A program made the translations under genes and the position numbers. The notes below the pieces were generated by a model. That model saw nothing but the letters and a program-made list of their open reading frames with translations, did not search any database and was not told the DNA's origin. A stretch of 64,000 bases of DNA, from positions 52,516,001 through 52,580,000 of the forward strand of contig NC_045707.1 of the NCBI RefSeq assembly GCF_009834535.1, written 5' to 3'. This DNA is from Camelus ferus. Lineage: Eukaryota. Positions 35,390 through 49,480 of the stretch are shown in pieces. Positions within the stretch are counted from its first letter, which is position 1. Every line of letters starts with the position of its first letter.

Positions 35390-37175
35390 TGTACATAGGC
35401 ACCGTGTACAGGCGACAAAGTTGTTTCCCATGGAGATGTGGGCACATAATTCTGAAGCCACTATATGGGTATATTGAAATTGAACAAATCAGTAAATGGA
35501 GGGAGGAGGATGTGGGGGAGAAGGACTAGGATGAACCACAGCGATGCTAGACTAGACCTGGAGACATCAGGGCACACTCGTGTCTAGTTTAACATACGTG
35601 TAAATAAAATATGTTGCTGTAACTACAGATGTGCGTATACAAATGAGTTCATGTACACACATCTATTTTCATGCTCTAAGAAGGTCGGGGAGTAATGACA
35701 CCACAGCAGCAGTGAGCACACTCAGTGTCCAGATCTTGGTTTCTAATATCATTCTTCAATTAAAGGAATCAAGGCACTTTGGAGAAATGACTGGTGCTGA
35801 GACTGGGTCAGGGAGGTACAAGGTGAGCCTGGGCTGCCTGGTAGTGCCAGCTAGTAAAGAAGTGTTTGAACTGGACACACATGGACACACACAGACACAC
35901 ACAGACACATGGACACACACACAGAGACACACACACAGAAATACACACACAGACACACACACAGACACAGACACACAGAGACACAGAGAGACACACATAC
36001 ACACACAGACACAGAGACACACAAAGACACACATGCACACAAACACATGGACACACACACAGACACACAGAAACAGACACACACAGAGACACACACACAA
36101 AGACACACATGCACACAAACACATGGACACACACAGACAGACACACAGAGGCACACATGCACACACACACACAGACACACACACAGAAATAGAAACACAC
36201 ACACAGACACACAGACTCACACACAGACATAGAGACACACACACAAAGACACACATGTACACAAACACATGGACACACACAGACAGAGACACAGACAGAC
36301 AGACCCACATAAACACACAGAGACACACACACAAAGACAGACATAGAAACATACACACAGACACACACACGTGCAGAGCTGAAGTATATTTCAAAGGGGC
36401 CCAGAAGGTACCGAAAGAGCCCTCATGGCCCAGGTGGGTAAGCTTGTGAACAACTGAATGTTACTGGATCATAACTCAAAATGTGAAATAAAGAGCCAGG
36501 AGTCCGTATCAATATAAAAATGATGGAATAAATAAATGGGGAAAACTACAAGCATCCCATACAGAAGAACTCCAAATAATATAGCAGTGACTTCCTTTTA
36601 AAGGGGAAACAGGCGAGCAAACTTTGCAGCAGGCAGCCCTGACGAGCAGCCCTTCTTCCTGCGACCCCGCGCCCTCGGGGCTAAGTCATGCTGGCAGCAG
36701 GCGCCCTTGATGCGATGTGTGACCGAAACGACGCTTCCCCTCTGTGCTTTTCCTCCCCAGTCTAATCATAAGGGAAAAATCAGATAAAGCCCCAACTGAA
36801 GGACAGCCTACAAAATACCTGGTGAGCATCCTTCAAAGCCGTCACCATCAGGAGAAGTGTCACAGCCATCAGGAAAAGTGTCACACTCGAGAGGCGTCTA
36901 GAAGACGCGGCAACTAAATGTGCTGTGGTGTCGTGATTGGAATACAGGGACAGAAAAAGGGCACGCAGTAAAAAAGTAAGGGCTTTAATAAAGTGTGGAC
37001 TTCAGGCAGTAACGCTGTCCCGGGGGTGGCTCGCTGGCTGTGACACATGTGCCACGGTTGTGCCCACCTGCTGATGTAGCACGTAATGTACCGTGTGCCC
37101 AGCAACGTGTGATGTCACTACCGTGACACTGGGCGTGGGGGGCACAGGAACCATGTATATGAAATGCTCTGTGTT
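35390..37175 (+). mobile_element. L1MC-type 3' UTR interrupted by a compound CA repeat
   Basis: acaccacagcagcagtgagcacac...ccagatcttggtttctaa, ccccagtctaatcataag...cctacaaaatacctg, ttaataaagtgtggactt motifs. Confidence 0.75.
35874..36370. repeat. About 500-bp compound (CA)/(GA) repeat
   Basis: Read directly; source of the HT-rich and CV-rich ORFs. Confidence 0.95.
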
Positions 37176-38449
37176 AGTAAGTAACACCTGCTGGTTACTG
37201 CGGAGCATTTGAGGAGGGGTCAGGACGTAACACCCCTTTCCTAATTTCTTTAGTCCAGAAGTAATTGAAAAACAGACAGGGATGGGACGAATGGGACTCA
37301 GAACATGCGCGCTGTTACCAGAACTCACTCAGCCTTTGCAGAGGTAGACATAACCGATGGGCCCCTGTGACCCGGCAGAATGCAGCCAGATGAAACCCCC
37401 CTGCAGGCAGGCAGGTGGGAGATAAAGTCCACAGGAGCTGAGCCGTTCTCACCTACCTCCCTTCCCACGGCGCGAATTCACTGCACCCCGCCCTTCTCGG
37501 GAGGAGCGCAGGGGACGAGGGGCTTGCTCCGGGTCAAGTGTTCCCCAGTGGCCGCGCAGAGCCCGGGGGTGGGAGGCCCTCCCTAATATTTACGATGGAG
37601 ACCCAGGAGGGCGGAGCTGGGTGAAAGCAGTCAGGCCCACCTGCCCGGCATCACCCAGCCCTGCTCTGGCTCCCTCCTGGGCCGCACCCAGTCTCCCTTC
37701 CCTGAGTTCCGTGGATCAGCTGCAAAATCACCTTGAGTCCCCGGGATTATTTTAATTCCTTCACATTGACTTTGTAACAAGATCTGCTCAGACTTTTGGA
37801 AGGCCACTAACACACACTGCGTTCTGTTTCCTCTATCTGACCACGTAGGGAGTTGTTCAGCGTCTCCCAGGCCCAGCTGAGTACAGGGGACCAGCTGGGG
37901 AAGGGAAAAGCCATAGGAAGGGAAATAAGGAAGTGGGTCTGCAATCCCTAATAAAAGGGCAGTAGCCAGTGAAAATTGTCCTCAGTGGCGGATTTTGAGA
38001 AGATTCACTTTTTATTCCTAAAACCAGAGATTAGTCTATCAATTAAATTTATTTTTCTACCAAAATATATTAGGAAAATGATAAAAAATATTTTATTCAT
38101 CTTCACAAAGTATCCTCCTGAGATTTGCATTTAGTTCTGCTTTTCAAAATTGTTACAATTTTAAATATCTATAACATGAAGAGACACAAACAATTCAAAT
38201 GGTAATTCTGCAAGAAAAGAGTTAAAATAACTTTGGAAAATTCGACATAAATAAATAACAGTTACGTGGGTTATTCTTCTGCCTGGAAATATGTGTGTGT
38301 GATAACTCAGTGGAGTGGAAGTTGAATCTGTAATACCACGTGCATAGCAACTTTTTCTTCAGTAGCTTGATATTAAGTAATTTTAGATTTATAGAAAAGA
38401 TGAAAAGAGTTCTGAGTTCACTCAGCTTCCCCTTGTGTGTTTTTCCCCA

Positions 38450-39870
38450 GATAATTGACATGTAACGTTGTGTAAGCTGTACCACGCGATGATTTGATAC
38501 ATGCATATATCGCAAAATATTTACCACAATAAGGTTAGTTAGCACATCCTTCACCTCACGTAATTGCCATTTAGTTGTTGTCCTGGTGAGAGCATTAAAG
38601 CCAATCTCTTATTATTAACACCTTTATTGCGGTATGATTCCTGCCCCGCAAACGGCACGTAGTTCAGGTGTACAATGCGACAGAGTTTGATGGAAGTACA
38701 CACAGCAACGTTCAAGCATACAGTACAGTGCTGGTAACCGTAGTCACCAGGCTCAACTTCAGATCCCTGGAGTGTATTCCTCTCGTAACTGAAAATGTGC
38801 ACCCTTGACCGAGACCTCACCATCCCCACCACACACGCAGCACGTGGCAACCACTGCCCTGCTCTATTTCCCCACATGAGTGATGTCACACTGTATTTGG
38901 GTTTGTCTGGCTTATCTCACTTTGCTTAGTGCCCTCAAGCTCCATCGTTTCGTTGCAAATGGCAGAGTTTCCTTCCTTTTCGTGGCTGAATAACACCCCA
39001 CTGTATACATGTGTACAAACACACGCCATCTTACTAACCTTTCCTCTGCGGGCGGACACTTAGGTTGTTTCTACGTGTTGGCTGTTGTGAATAATGCTTC
39101 AGTGAACATTGGAGAGCAGATGTCTCTTTGAGATGCTGATTTTATCTCCAAATGTATATGCAGAAATAAGCTTCCTAGATCACATGCTAGATCCACTTTT
39201 AATTTTTTGAGGAAACTCCATGCTGTTTTCCGGAGTGACTGCGTCGAGCTCCATGCCTACCAGCAGTGCACAGGGCTCCCTTCTCTCCACCCCCTCACCA
39301 GCATTTGTCATCTCTTGTCTGTGTGATGGTAACCATTCTAACAGGTGCGAGATGACATCCCACTGTGGTTTTGATCTGCTTTTCCCTGATGATTAGAGCA
39401 CATTTTCACGTACCTGTTGACCATTTGTATGTCTCCTTTAGAAAAATGTCTATGCGAGTCGTCTTCCCATTTTTTTTTCAGATTTTAAAATTTTGCCAGT
39501 TGGGTTCTGAGTTCTTCATGTGTCTTGGAAGATAAACCCCTCATCAGATACATGACTTGTTAATATTTTCTCCCGGTTGGTAGACTGTCTTTTCATTTCG
39601 TTGATTTCTTTCTGTGATGCACTTTCATTGTCCCACTTAATTACTTTTGCTTTTGTTGTCTATGCTTTTGGTGTCACATTCAAAATGTCACTGCCAACAC
39701 TGACACCAAAAGGCTTCTTCCTCTGTTTGCTTCTTGAGTTTTATGGTTACAGGTCTTACTTTTACCTTAATCTGTTTCAAGTTAATTTTTGTGGCTGGTA
39801 TAAGACAGCAGTTGAATTTCATTCATTTGGACATGATAACCTAGTTTTCCCAGCACGATTTATTAAAGGG
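38450..39870 (-). mobile_element. L1MA/MB 3' UTR plus ORF2 end; two adjacent 3' ends
   Basis: ataattgacatgtaac...ttaccacaataaggttagtt, gttgcaaatggcagagtttcc, ccattctaacaggtgcgagatg...tttccctgatgattag. Confidence 0.9.
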
Positions 39871-39994
39871 ACTTTCCCTTGCTTCAGAGGTTTTGCTTAA
39901 AGAGAGGCGCATCTTGACAACGTTAACCCCTCACCTCTGCCACGTCTTGTTAATCTGTTCTTTAAAGCCCGACTCAAAATTAAATCTTTTGAAA

Positions 39995-40195
39995 TTTGTA
40001 GATACTGACAGGCATATGTAGAATAGATAAATAAGATTATACTGTACAGCACAGGGAAATATATACAAGATCTTGTGGTAGCTCACAGAGAAAAAGAATG
40101 TGATAATGAATATATGTATGTTTATGAATGAAAAATTGTGCTCTGCACTGTAAATTGACACAGCACTGTAAATTGACTATACCTCAATAAAAAAA
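39995..40195 (+). mobile_element. L1 3' end (camelid-like)
   Basis: ctgtacagcacagggaaatatatacaagatcttgtggtagc...aattgacac...gactatacctcaataaaa. Confidence 0.85.
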
Positions 40196-41854
40196 TTAAA
40201 TCTTTCATCTGATTTAAAACACTTGATTATCATGATACCATTTAATGTCTGAAAACACTTTCGTAATACACGATGGGAGTAAATATCAAGGTGCCTGGGA
40301 GAACAGAGGTTGAATTTACGTTCCTTACATTCTCCTTTTGCCAAACGGAAGCTGAAAGTCCCGGGATCTCTCACGGTCAGTGTGGGCGGTTGCTGGTAAT
40401 TGGCACAGTTCCCGACCATCAGTGCGGACATTTGCTCTTGGCGATCAATGACAATTAACAATGTGATTTGACATTTGTGTTACAGTGTTCTGCCTGCAGC
40501 TAACCTGCCAGCTGAAAGTCCTAACCCAAAGCACTGGGAATGCCGAGCTAAGAAGGCTCAAGAAAACCTGATAGAGACTCTTTTATCTGCCACTCTCACC
40601 ATCTTCAACACAGTAGCGGTCAACATGCAGCTTAAACATCAGACATTCTCCTGTGAGGATCTCCGCTGTCCTGACTCCACTCTAAACTCACAGGTTTCTG
40701 ATTTCACTCCTCTGTGAAACTCGACTGCTGAGTCAGGTTCCTAGTGGTGAGATCTTCCTTTACAACCGTTACCTGAATTCACGGGCGGGTTTCGTATTTC
40801 CTCTGAGCATTTGTTTCACGTGCACGGAAGGGAGGGGATTGTGTCACAGAGCTCGCGTGAGGAATGGGTTGATGGCATGTGTACAGCACCGAGCACCACG
40901 CGTGGTCCACGGTCACAGTCCCTGAACACATGGCAGCTTTCACGGGTGGGGAGACCCACATCTAGGTGGTGACTCCCCGATAAGGAGCTGTGTTCCCTGA
41001 GTAGCTTAGCCTGTTCACCTGTTCGTCTCTGTATCACCCACAAGGCATGGGATGCTCAGTTGCTCATAAAAGCAGTTCAATTTCTATTTATCTGTCACCA
41101 GCACATAAACTCCAGGAGGGCAGGAATCATGTCCATTGGATTGATCTCTGTACCTGGTCTAACCCGGTGCCAGACACAGACTGGATAATTAATTCCCTTC
41201 CTCCACCTCCCCTGTTGCAGGAACCCCTGCTCAAATTGGAGCTAAACTGCCCTGAAAAAGCAAACAGCTCCAGAGGTCGGGTCTCCTGACTGTCCCAGCC
41301 CTGTGCTCAGAGCCTGCCTGACTCCTGAGCTGGGGAGGAGAGCCGAGGTGCAGGGGAGGGGAGAGCAGGCAGGGGCTCCAGGCATCCCAGCCACCAGCCC
41401 TGGCATCCCAGCAGTGACGAGTGCGGAGCCCACGTGTCAGTCACCCTCCAGGGCTCCAGCTCACAATAAATTCAAATTGCCTGAAAATTTATACAGCGAC
41501 AGCAGCTGTTATTTGACTTCAAACTGACTCAAGGTACAGGTAAATGTCCCAAAGCTATTTTATCATTCTAGTGGTAAAATTATCCAAACCTACCCTGCCA
41601 CTTTCTACTCTTTTGATAATTGTTGCATTCAAAATTCACTAGATTGCCCAGTCATTTTTTTTTTTTGAACTTGAGGATCCTTTTGGCAATGAAATACCAG
41701 CTAAAAATTCTCATACCATTTATACTGCAATGCATTCCTGGAAAATTCAAAGTAAAAATGAACATGCAACATTGTTGCAATTTTTATAAAAACAAAGTTA
41801 GGTTCTAGCTTATCTAAACTTGAATAGGTTTTTTTTTTTTTCCACTTAGGTGAA

Positions 41855-42040
41855 TTTTCCTGGGGATATTTTAGAGTTGTGCAGGACACAAAATAAGTCT
41901 TCATTTTGTGGGATGGGTCTGTGTTTTGTGGGACATCTGGTATACCTGAATCTCAGTCACTGAATTCAGGTGGTGTCTCTCAGCTATCGTGACTGCCCCA
42001 AACTGCCCCTATGCATTTTCAAGGCTCCTAATTAAGAATC
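41855..42040. mobile_element. MER20-like DNA transposon remnant
   Basis: ttcattttgtggga...gtgactgcccccaaactgcccct...cattttcaa; weak similarity only. Confidence 0.35.
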
Positions 42041-43326
42041 TCAAACAGAAGCTATTATGAAACAGGTAATTGCTGTCGTCTGATTTGCTGTTGCAGTTAC
42101 AGTATTAGAGTTTAACTTAAGAAGCAAATATCGCATGAGTGAGTGTTTTCAGCCATAAAGGACAAATAGCTTGACGTGGTAACAATTTTCAGGAATTTAA
42201 AGACAGCATCAGAGCGCTGCCTTAGCTGCCAGGCATCCTAGGACTACGGATGCTGAAGGCAGTATTGAAGTTCAGTGCTCAGGTTAGAGATTTGGGGAGT
42301 TGTCCCTTCAGAGGCTGGACAGCTGCAGAATTCAAAGAGGGTTTTCCACCAGTTTCCAGTGAATTTTCTAAATTGTGAGCATAAGAGTAATTTGTGAACT
42401 TATAATCTGTATACATGATCTAGTTTATGTTTTTCATTGTTTTTGCTACGAGCTTAAGATTGCGCAGATGGAAATTTATGTTTTAAAATATTTTTTATAT
42501 CAGCCTCCGCTCTGCTGTTACACAGGAGATGCAGAGATGTGGCCTTCTGACCCCAAGAATTATCGTCACCGTCCCTGCAGCTTGGCCTCCATGTGACCTG
42601 CCTTGGGGACCAGGTATCCCCAGGAGAAGGGGGTGTCTGCATGGAGCGTGTTTGCATCTGGTCTCTGCAAAGCTTTTGCCTCTCCTTTTGCAAGTATTAG
42701 CCATTGTCTGAATTTTAATGATGTATTATCTAAATGTGATTTCTACTCTGTTTCTGCCGTTGAATGAATTTTAATCTGCTGCTGCTGTCAGTCCCAGTCA
42801 CTCCATTTTAAATAGACTGTTTCATCAGCAGCTGCACATTTTGGTACCAGCAGCAGGAAGCTCCGAGGAGCACATAGTGGTCATGAGCAGTAAGGGCCTC
42901 CAGATCTGGTCGGAAAGGATGTGATGTCTTTAAAGCAAAGGCCTGACGCATCTGCTCCCGCTGGAGAGGACGCAGTTCATCTCTGGGATTCACACGACTG
43001 GCAGCGATGAGCAGGAGAACTGGAATTCCGGGTTGCTAGTCATTAGGGAAAAGCAGATGTAGGCGGGGACCTTGCTCCGGGGGGAGGCAGCGGTCACAGG
43101 CGTCTTCCGGACAGTTCAGAAAAGGCCTGGATTTCCTTCAGACCTTCTGAATATGCAAAGGCCAATGGGCAGAGACTCAGGGAAAAGTCCCCACAAAGTC
43201 TTTTCAATAGAAGAATATGTCATAGAAAGTGTCATTCCAACTGTGTCATCATCCTGAACTTGTGATCAATTTGGAAGATGTTAATTTTCTATATTAAAAC
43301 ATGATGCTGAGGTAAAGATATTGAAA

Positions 43327-43858
43327 TGTAGGTGTGGGTATAGATGTGGGTGTGGGTGTAGATGTGGGTGTAGGTGTGGGTGTAGATATAGGTGTAGGTG
43401 TGGGTGTGGGTTAGGTGTGGGTGTAAATGTGGGTGTGGGTTTAGGTGTGGGTGTGGGTGTAGGCATGGATGTAGATGTGGGTGTGGGTATGGGTGTAGAT
43501 GTAAGTGTGGGTGTAGATGTGGGTATAGGTGTGGGTGTGGCTGTAGGCGTGGGTGTAGATGTGGGTGTGGGTGTAGACGTGGGTGTGGGTGTAGATGTGG
43601 GTGTGGGTGTAGGTGTGGGTGTAGATATAGGTGTAGGTGTGGGTGTGGGTGTGGGTTAGGTGTGGGTGTAAATGTGGGTGTGGGTTTAAGTGTGGGTGTG
43701 GCTGTAGGCGTGGGTGTAGATGTGCGTGTGGGTGTAGACGTGGGTGTGGGTGTGGGTGTAGATGTGCGTGTGGGTGTAGACGTGGGTATAGGTGTGGGTG
43801 TGGCTGTAGGCGTGGGTGTAGATGTGGGTGTGGGTGTAGACGTGGGTGTGGGTGTGGG
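43327..43858. repeat. Hexamer-based minisatellite (GGTGTG / GGTGTA / GATGTG variants)
   Basis: Read directly; source of the PT-rich and GV-rich ORFs. Confidence 0.95.
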
Positions 43859-43926
43859 CAGGCAGGCTGGTAGGTAGCAAGGTAGGTAGGCAGATATTAG
43901 CTCAGCACAGATTACAGCCTGTGGCA

Positions 43927-44027
43927 GTCTCTCTCCCTCTCTCTCTCTCTCTCTCAACACACACACACACACACACACACAGGTATATATATATATACAC
44001 ACACATATATACATGTGCATATATATG
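43927..44027. repeat. Compound (CT)n(CA)n(TA)n microsatellite
   Basis: Read directly. Confidence 0.9.
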
Positions 44028-46194
44028 CAACTATTTCTGTTGTTATTATGATATTTAACAAATGATTTATCCTATTAATTTAGTCAATGCATATTTGCCA
44101 AATACGCATTCGGTGAGGGGAGACAGAGAGGATGGATACTTGGGTCTAGGAGGTGATCATCTAAAAAGGAATATAAGCCGTGAGCATGCTTAATTTTTAA
44201 ATTTGATAATAAGCAGTTTTATCCCATTTTCTCTCCCAGTGCTGAGGTGGAGCAGGGCATCACACTCCTCAGTGACTGTGTGATGGCTAACAAATCGGTC
44301 TCTGCAGAGAGAGACATGGCTGGGTTCATGTAGAGAACAGTCATCACTATTCTTCTTTTACAAAGAAACTTGGACTGAGTGTGGTTAGTGGTTTCTCAAA
44401 AGTCCAACGGCCATTATGCTTGATCAACAAGTTGAACTCAGACCTTCTAATTGCAGATTCTAAACACTACACCACTACGTATTGCTGTGAAAAAACTTCA
44501 AAGTCACTTGCAAAGATGAAAAAAAGGGGGGAAGTTACCTGCATGCTCCGCAACAGGGAAAGCAAGCGTGTAAATCATGACGTTGTTTGGTGGTGGAGAT
44601 TATGTATCTTTTAGAGACCATGGTACAAATAGTGGTCCTTTGAGATGGTTCTTGTGCCGCCAGATTGTGTGTGTGGTGGGAGAAGTGGATGGAGGTGGAT
44701 GTGGGAGAGAATGAGGGTGTGCATGAAAGGAGACAGCAGAATAAAAAAGTACATGTTTTGCACAATTAAAACTGTATTCCAACATAAATTGAAAAAGCAG
44801 AGAAAAGAACCTATCAGAATACATTTTATCATGGCATTTTAATTTTTCTCAATTTTATCTCCTCCTCACAATTTCATTCTAGTCCTCATCCTCCTCTTTT
44901 GCCTTCTTCTTTCTCTTCCTTCTTTTGTTTTTCTTTATAAGTTTCTAAATTTTGGATAATATGTAAATAGTACATTTGTTAAAAGGGAAAAAAAAGAAAT
45001 TCCAAGGAGAGAAATTACTTCCAAGTGAAATGATCAGAGTGAGGAGGGCTCCTCTGAGCGCAGAGGCATTTGAAATATTTGTAAGGAGAATTAGAACAAG
45101 AAAATGTGCAGGGAAGATGGAAAACGTTCCAGGAGGATGGGGAGGGACACTCACAGGCACGAAGCAAGCAATGCACCGTCTTTATATGGAAACCCCAGGC
45201 AGGGTAGTTCAGCTTGTTGAAGCAAAGACTGTGAGTGGAACTCAAAATAAGGTCGTGCAGCAGGTGGGGGTCCAGCTAATAGTCTGGGGTTGGGGGTGGT
45301 GCTTTTCAGTCCTCTGTGCTGTGACTTGGTTTTATGTAATTAAAAAAGGAGCCTCCTATTTTTAGCACAATCCTTAGGAACAAACTGGCTAAGTCTGTTT
45401 TGTCTGAATGCACAGAAGGCAGAAACCTCTTCGTTTTCTCGAAACCAATAAAATAGTGAGAAATAGTTATGTTCAGAAGTAGATGTTAAATCTATGGCAC
45501 ATCTTTGCCAAAAAACACAGGGCACTTGGCAAGCTCGGGCTAGAGCTATTAAACATTAGGGCCCATTACTGAATATTTATGGTCCTCACCGCTCCCGACA
45601 TGGTGTAATTCGAGTGTCCTCCACAGTTTACGACACGTATTTCTGCCCCAATCATGAGCACACCGGCGTCAGTGATATTTTTACATTGATGCATTTTCAC
45701 GGCCCACAGTTGCTTTATGTATGCACTTCAAATGAATGTAGTGTATAGTACAGACATTATAAATACACTATTTTTCAACTTCAAATAGTTTAACTTGAAT
45801 CTTTTTCTCTTTTGAGGAATGTTCTATTCCTATTAGTTAAGAAGATTAAACAATTAGTTTAATATTGCTGAGATGAGTTCCCACCGTGGGATCTGCCTGG
45901 CCGTCTCCTGGCCCCAGTGTGTCGCATTATTTACCTCTGGCTCTGTTCACTGGTGTCTTAACCAGCTGTCCATAATGTCAGGCTGCATTATTTTTTACTT
46001 ATGGAAACCTACTCCTCTCTTATTTCAAAAGAGACGACCCAACATGGTCTGTGGGCGAGCAGCCCATCAGCTCAATGCACCGACATCTTGCTGTTGGATT
46101 TCTTCCAGCCTCTTTGCTCTGAGCCTTTTGCTCAACAGGATCTGTCCAGCAGCAAAAAGCATTTGGGTTTCAATGATAGAATTAAATCTTCACA

Positions 46195-46350
46195 TCTTAC
46201 TAATTTCTTGACCTTGGGCAAGTCACTTAAAGCTGTGAGCTTCCATATCCTCATGTAAGACTGGGAGTAACAACACTTTATGTGTGAGATTTGCAGGGGC
46301 ATTACTGAGACAAGAGGAACGCTGAGGCTGAGCATGGTGTCCAGGGCCCA
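46195..46350 (+). mobile_element. MIR SINE
   Basis: tgaccttgggcaagtcacttaa...ctcatgtaagactgggagtaa. Confidence 0.7.
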
Positions 46351-47517
46351 GCGCGATGGGTCAGCCGAAGGATTCTTGGCATCCACTGCGGTTTGGTTAT
46401 CTCTTGCTCTGAATTAACCTTTCAGGTCCAGAGATGGAAGGCAAGATGAAATTTCATAATAATTTTTGAACTTGCAGTGCTGCTAAGGTGGTTTAAATTC
46501 TAGTCTAAAAATGACCTTTGTGATGCCAGTTGCTTTGTCCAAAGACAATGAGGCATATTAGAGCGCGTCCTCTAAGGTGTGCAGAGGAGGAAACGGACTG
46601 ATGGAAAATCCACAGCATAGGGAGATGTCTGCCCTGTCCCCTCGCATCAGGAACCACCGAGATACTAAGCCTGTTACGGGTCAAGACTGCCCACCCAGCC
46701 AGAACATCACCACCCTCTCCCTTTCCGTCCGTTCTTCAGACGTACCAACTTTGATGCCAGGAAATTCTTCCATTTATTTGGCTCTGGCTCCAAAAGCTAA
46801 TTAAACCTGAAAATTAGATATGAAGCAAGTATATTTCATGTTTTCTGCCAAAATGTAAGCAACAATTGCCCACGTCTTGGTGCCGCTTCAGGAGCGATTA
46901 ACGTGTTACCACTTACTGTGCGGCTTCTAATGGATTTTGTATCTTAAAAATGAAGGGGAGGGTATTACACAATCTGGCAGGACTCGTTGTATCCGAGAAG
47001 AGGAATTCATGTGCTTCTTGTTGACAACACAATTCAGCATGAATTTCTCAGGAGCATTTTGCACACAGACACATAGTTGAAGACAGTGTGTTCTGAGCTC
47101 GTTCTAAGATGAGTTAATGTGAGATGGCTGGTGATGGGGGTGACGTGCTCTCTTTAGGAGCTTGAAATGTCATGGAGCTTCAGTTGTGGAGTTTGGGTGC
47201 CTCAGTCATTCTAGAGCCCCCATCACGGTTAGTGAGCTTGGCACGCAGATGGAAGAGGGTGTGGCTGATGGGTTTTGGGGGGCATAAACCCAAGTGCTAA
47301 CAGGGAGGTGTGTAGGGGCCTCTCAGCAAATGAAAAGTAGCAAAAAGGAGGTCGAATGTGACTGCACCCTCCCCCCACTCCAAATCCATCTTCTTACTTC
47401 TGGTCTTACTTCATTGCTCACCCCTCCAGCTCCCTTGACCCAGTCATCCAGCAGCCTGTGCAGTGTGGTCTGCCACCATTTGTAAGTGCTCATCAAGAAA
47501 TACTGGGGCTTCGCGAC

Positions 47518-47880
47518 TTAAATGTCCATGGACAGATGACTGGGTAAAGAAGATGTGGTGTGTATGTACAGTAGAATACTACTCAGTCATGAAAAGAACG
47601 AAATAATGCCATTTGCAGCAACATGGATGGACCTGGAGATCATTCTAAGTGAAGTCAGCCAGAAAGAGAAAGAAAAATACCATGTGGTATCACTTATATG
47701 TGGCATCTAAAAAAAATGAAACAAGTGAACTTATTTCCAAAACAGAAGCAGACTCACAGACATAGAAAACAAACTTATAGTTACCAGGGGTAAAAGAGGT
47801 GGGAAGGGATAAACTGGGAGTGTGAGATTTGCAGATACTAGCTACTATATTTAAAAATAGATAAACAACAAGTTTCTATT
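47518..47880 (+). mobile_element. L1 ORF2 end plus 3' UTR (camelid-like)
   Basis: aaagaagatgtggt...atgccatttgcagcaacatggatggacctggaga...cagactcacagacatagaaaacaaacttat. Confidence 0.95.
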
Positions 47881-49304
47881 ACAATGCTAGGCATGTGAAA
47901 TTAAGTGTACCACCATCTCTTGTTCTCTAAATCTACCCAAAACCTCACTGAGATGACCACTTGGGTCTATGTCACTGAATACACTACTGGGACGTGTCAC
48001 CGCCTGCCCCAACCCTGCCGCCTGTCTGACTTGTCTCCACATTGGTGATGTTGTCTTTCTCAGCTCCACTGTCTTTCCCACGCAGGTCTAGGGCTGAGAG
48101 TCTTAACACTGTACCCAAAGGGCAATCAAAGCCCCCAGTTCCTCTCTCCCTTCCCAAATTCTGCATCCTTTTCTGCTACTGCTTCCAACAGGAGTTACTT
48201 TTGTGAACTTGGATGAGCATTCTCATCATTCCAGGCTGGCGTGTACAGGCGAGTCTGTTTCTACAGGGTCGCGCGTACAGAGACCGCCAGGTGAGGGTGG
48301 CACACGGTGGCCCTGAGCGAGGGCGCTGTCCGGTGCTGATCCGACCCGATCTCTTGAGCGTTTCCCTCACCTCCTAGTCATCTTTTTCTTGGTGCTGCTC
48401 CTTTGCCTCATAGGAGCTACAGCTGATTTCCCCCAGTGTTAATCTGCGTCAATGTTTCCACTTCGGGATTTAGGGTTTATGAAGTTCCCATCTCATTGGA
48501 AATGGCATCAGCCACTTTTTCCCTCTGTAATTTAACACAGGCTGCATTTCAAGCTCAATTCAGTTCTAACGTTTGAGCTGAAAATCTTGAAAAACAATGT
48601 TCCAAGTTTTCTGACTGTGTTCAGTAATTACAATAGTAATTACTCTCTTTCATTTTATTGAGGGAAACAGAGACAAATGGCCATGAAGATACTCCAGATC
48701 TGACAAGAGTTCTCTGCTCAAGGTTGCAAAATTAATTTAAAAATGTGTAGATTCTAGCAAAATGGTAACTCCTTATTTTACTTTTTTTAATCACACACTT
48801 CACCACGTTTCAGGCCCATGTTTTACTCATTTATTTTTTGTATCCCCAGAGCCCACTCCCCACCCACCCACCACAGCAAATGATTCTAAGGTGTCAAATG
48901 TGATTCATGTTATTTTGCATCATTTTTGTAAATTAAGTATGATTGTTCTAGGCATACAAGTCTTAGATCCATGTGAATGGCAAACTGATGTTAAACAGAT
49001 CAATCTGATTCTCCGTTTTCCAGACCCATCCCCCCGGGTCGCACGAGGCTAATCTGCCGCTCCTAGGTGCTATGTGGTTTTCCGGGATTCATGGCCAAGT
49101 CCCCGGGGCCCCCCATCCTGTGGGCAGAGGGCACATGCCTGCCTCCACCTCTCATCACAAATTCTGGTTTTATAACACCTTCGACTGTCTTGTCCCCACT
49201 ACCACACTGCCTTTTGTAAAACTCTTAAAATATTTTTAAAAGAAAGTTTATGGTTCATTTCCAAGCACAGCCTGGAGAGCTGCACCCAGCCTCCACCTTC
49301 TGTC

Positions 49305-49480
49305 TGCCACCTCCCCCTGCACGGCCTTGGACCACTTTCTTGGCCTCCTGGGATGTGGGCTCCCCATCTGTAAAGTGTGGACAATAACAGTACTTATCTT
49401 GTAAGGTGCTGAAGGTTTTAAATTGTTCTTCACGTAGAAAGAGGACTTCGGCTGGAGCCTGACTTATAAGAAGTACTCAG
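49305..49480 (+). mobile_element. MIR SINE
   Basis: ccccatctgtaaagtgtggacaataacagtacttatct...gtaaggtgctgaagg. Confidence 0.6.

Noticed and set aside
35631..36449. Long ORFs of 272, 212 and 186 aa
   Set aside because: Translations of the CA/GA repeat inside an L1 3' UTR.
43289..44020. 243-aa PT/HP-rich ORF and opposite-strand GV/CG-rich ORFs
   Set aside because: Products of the hexamer minisatellite; no splice or start context.
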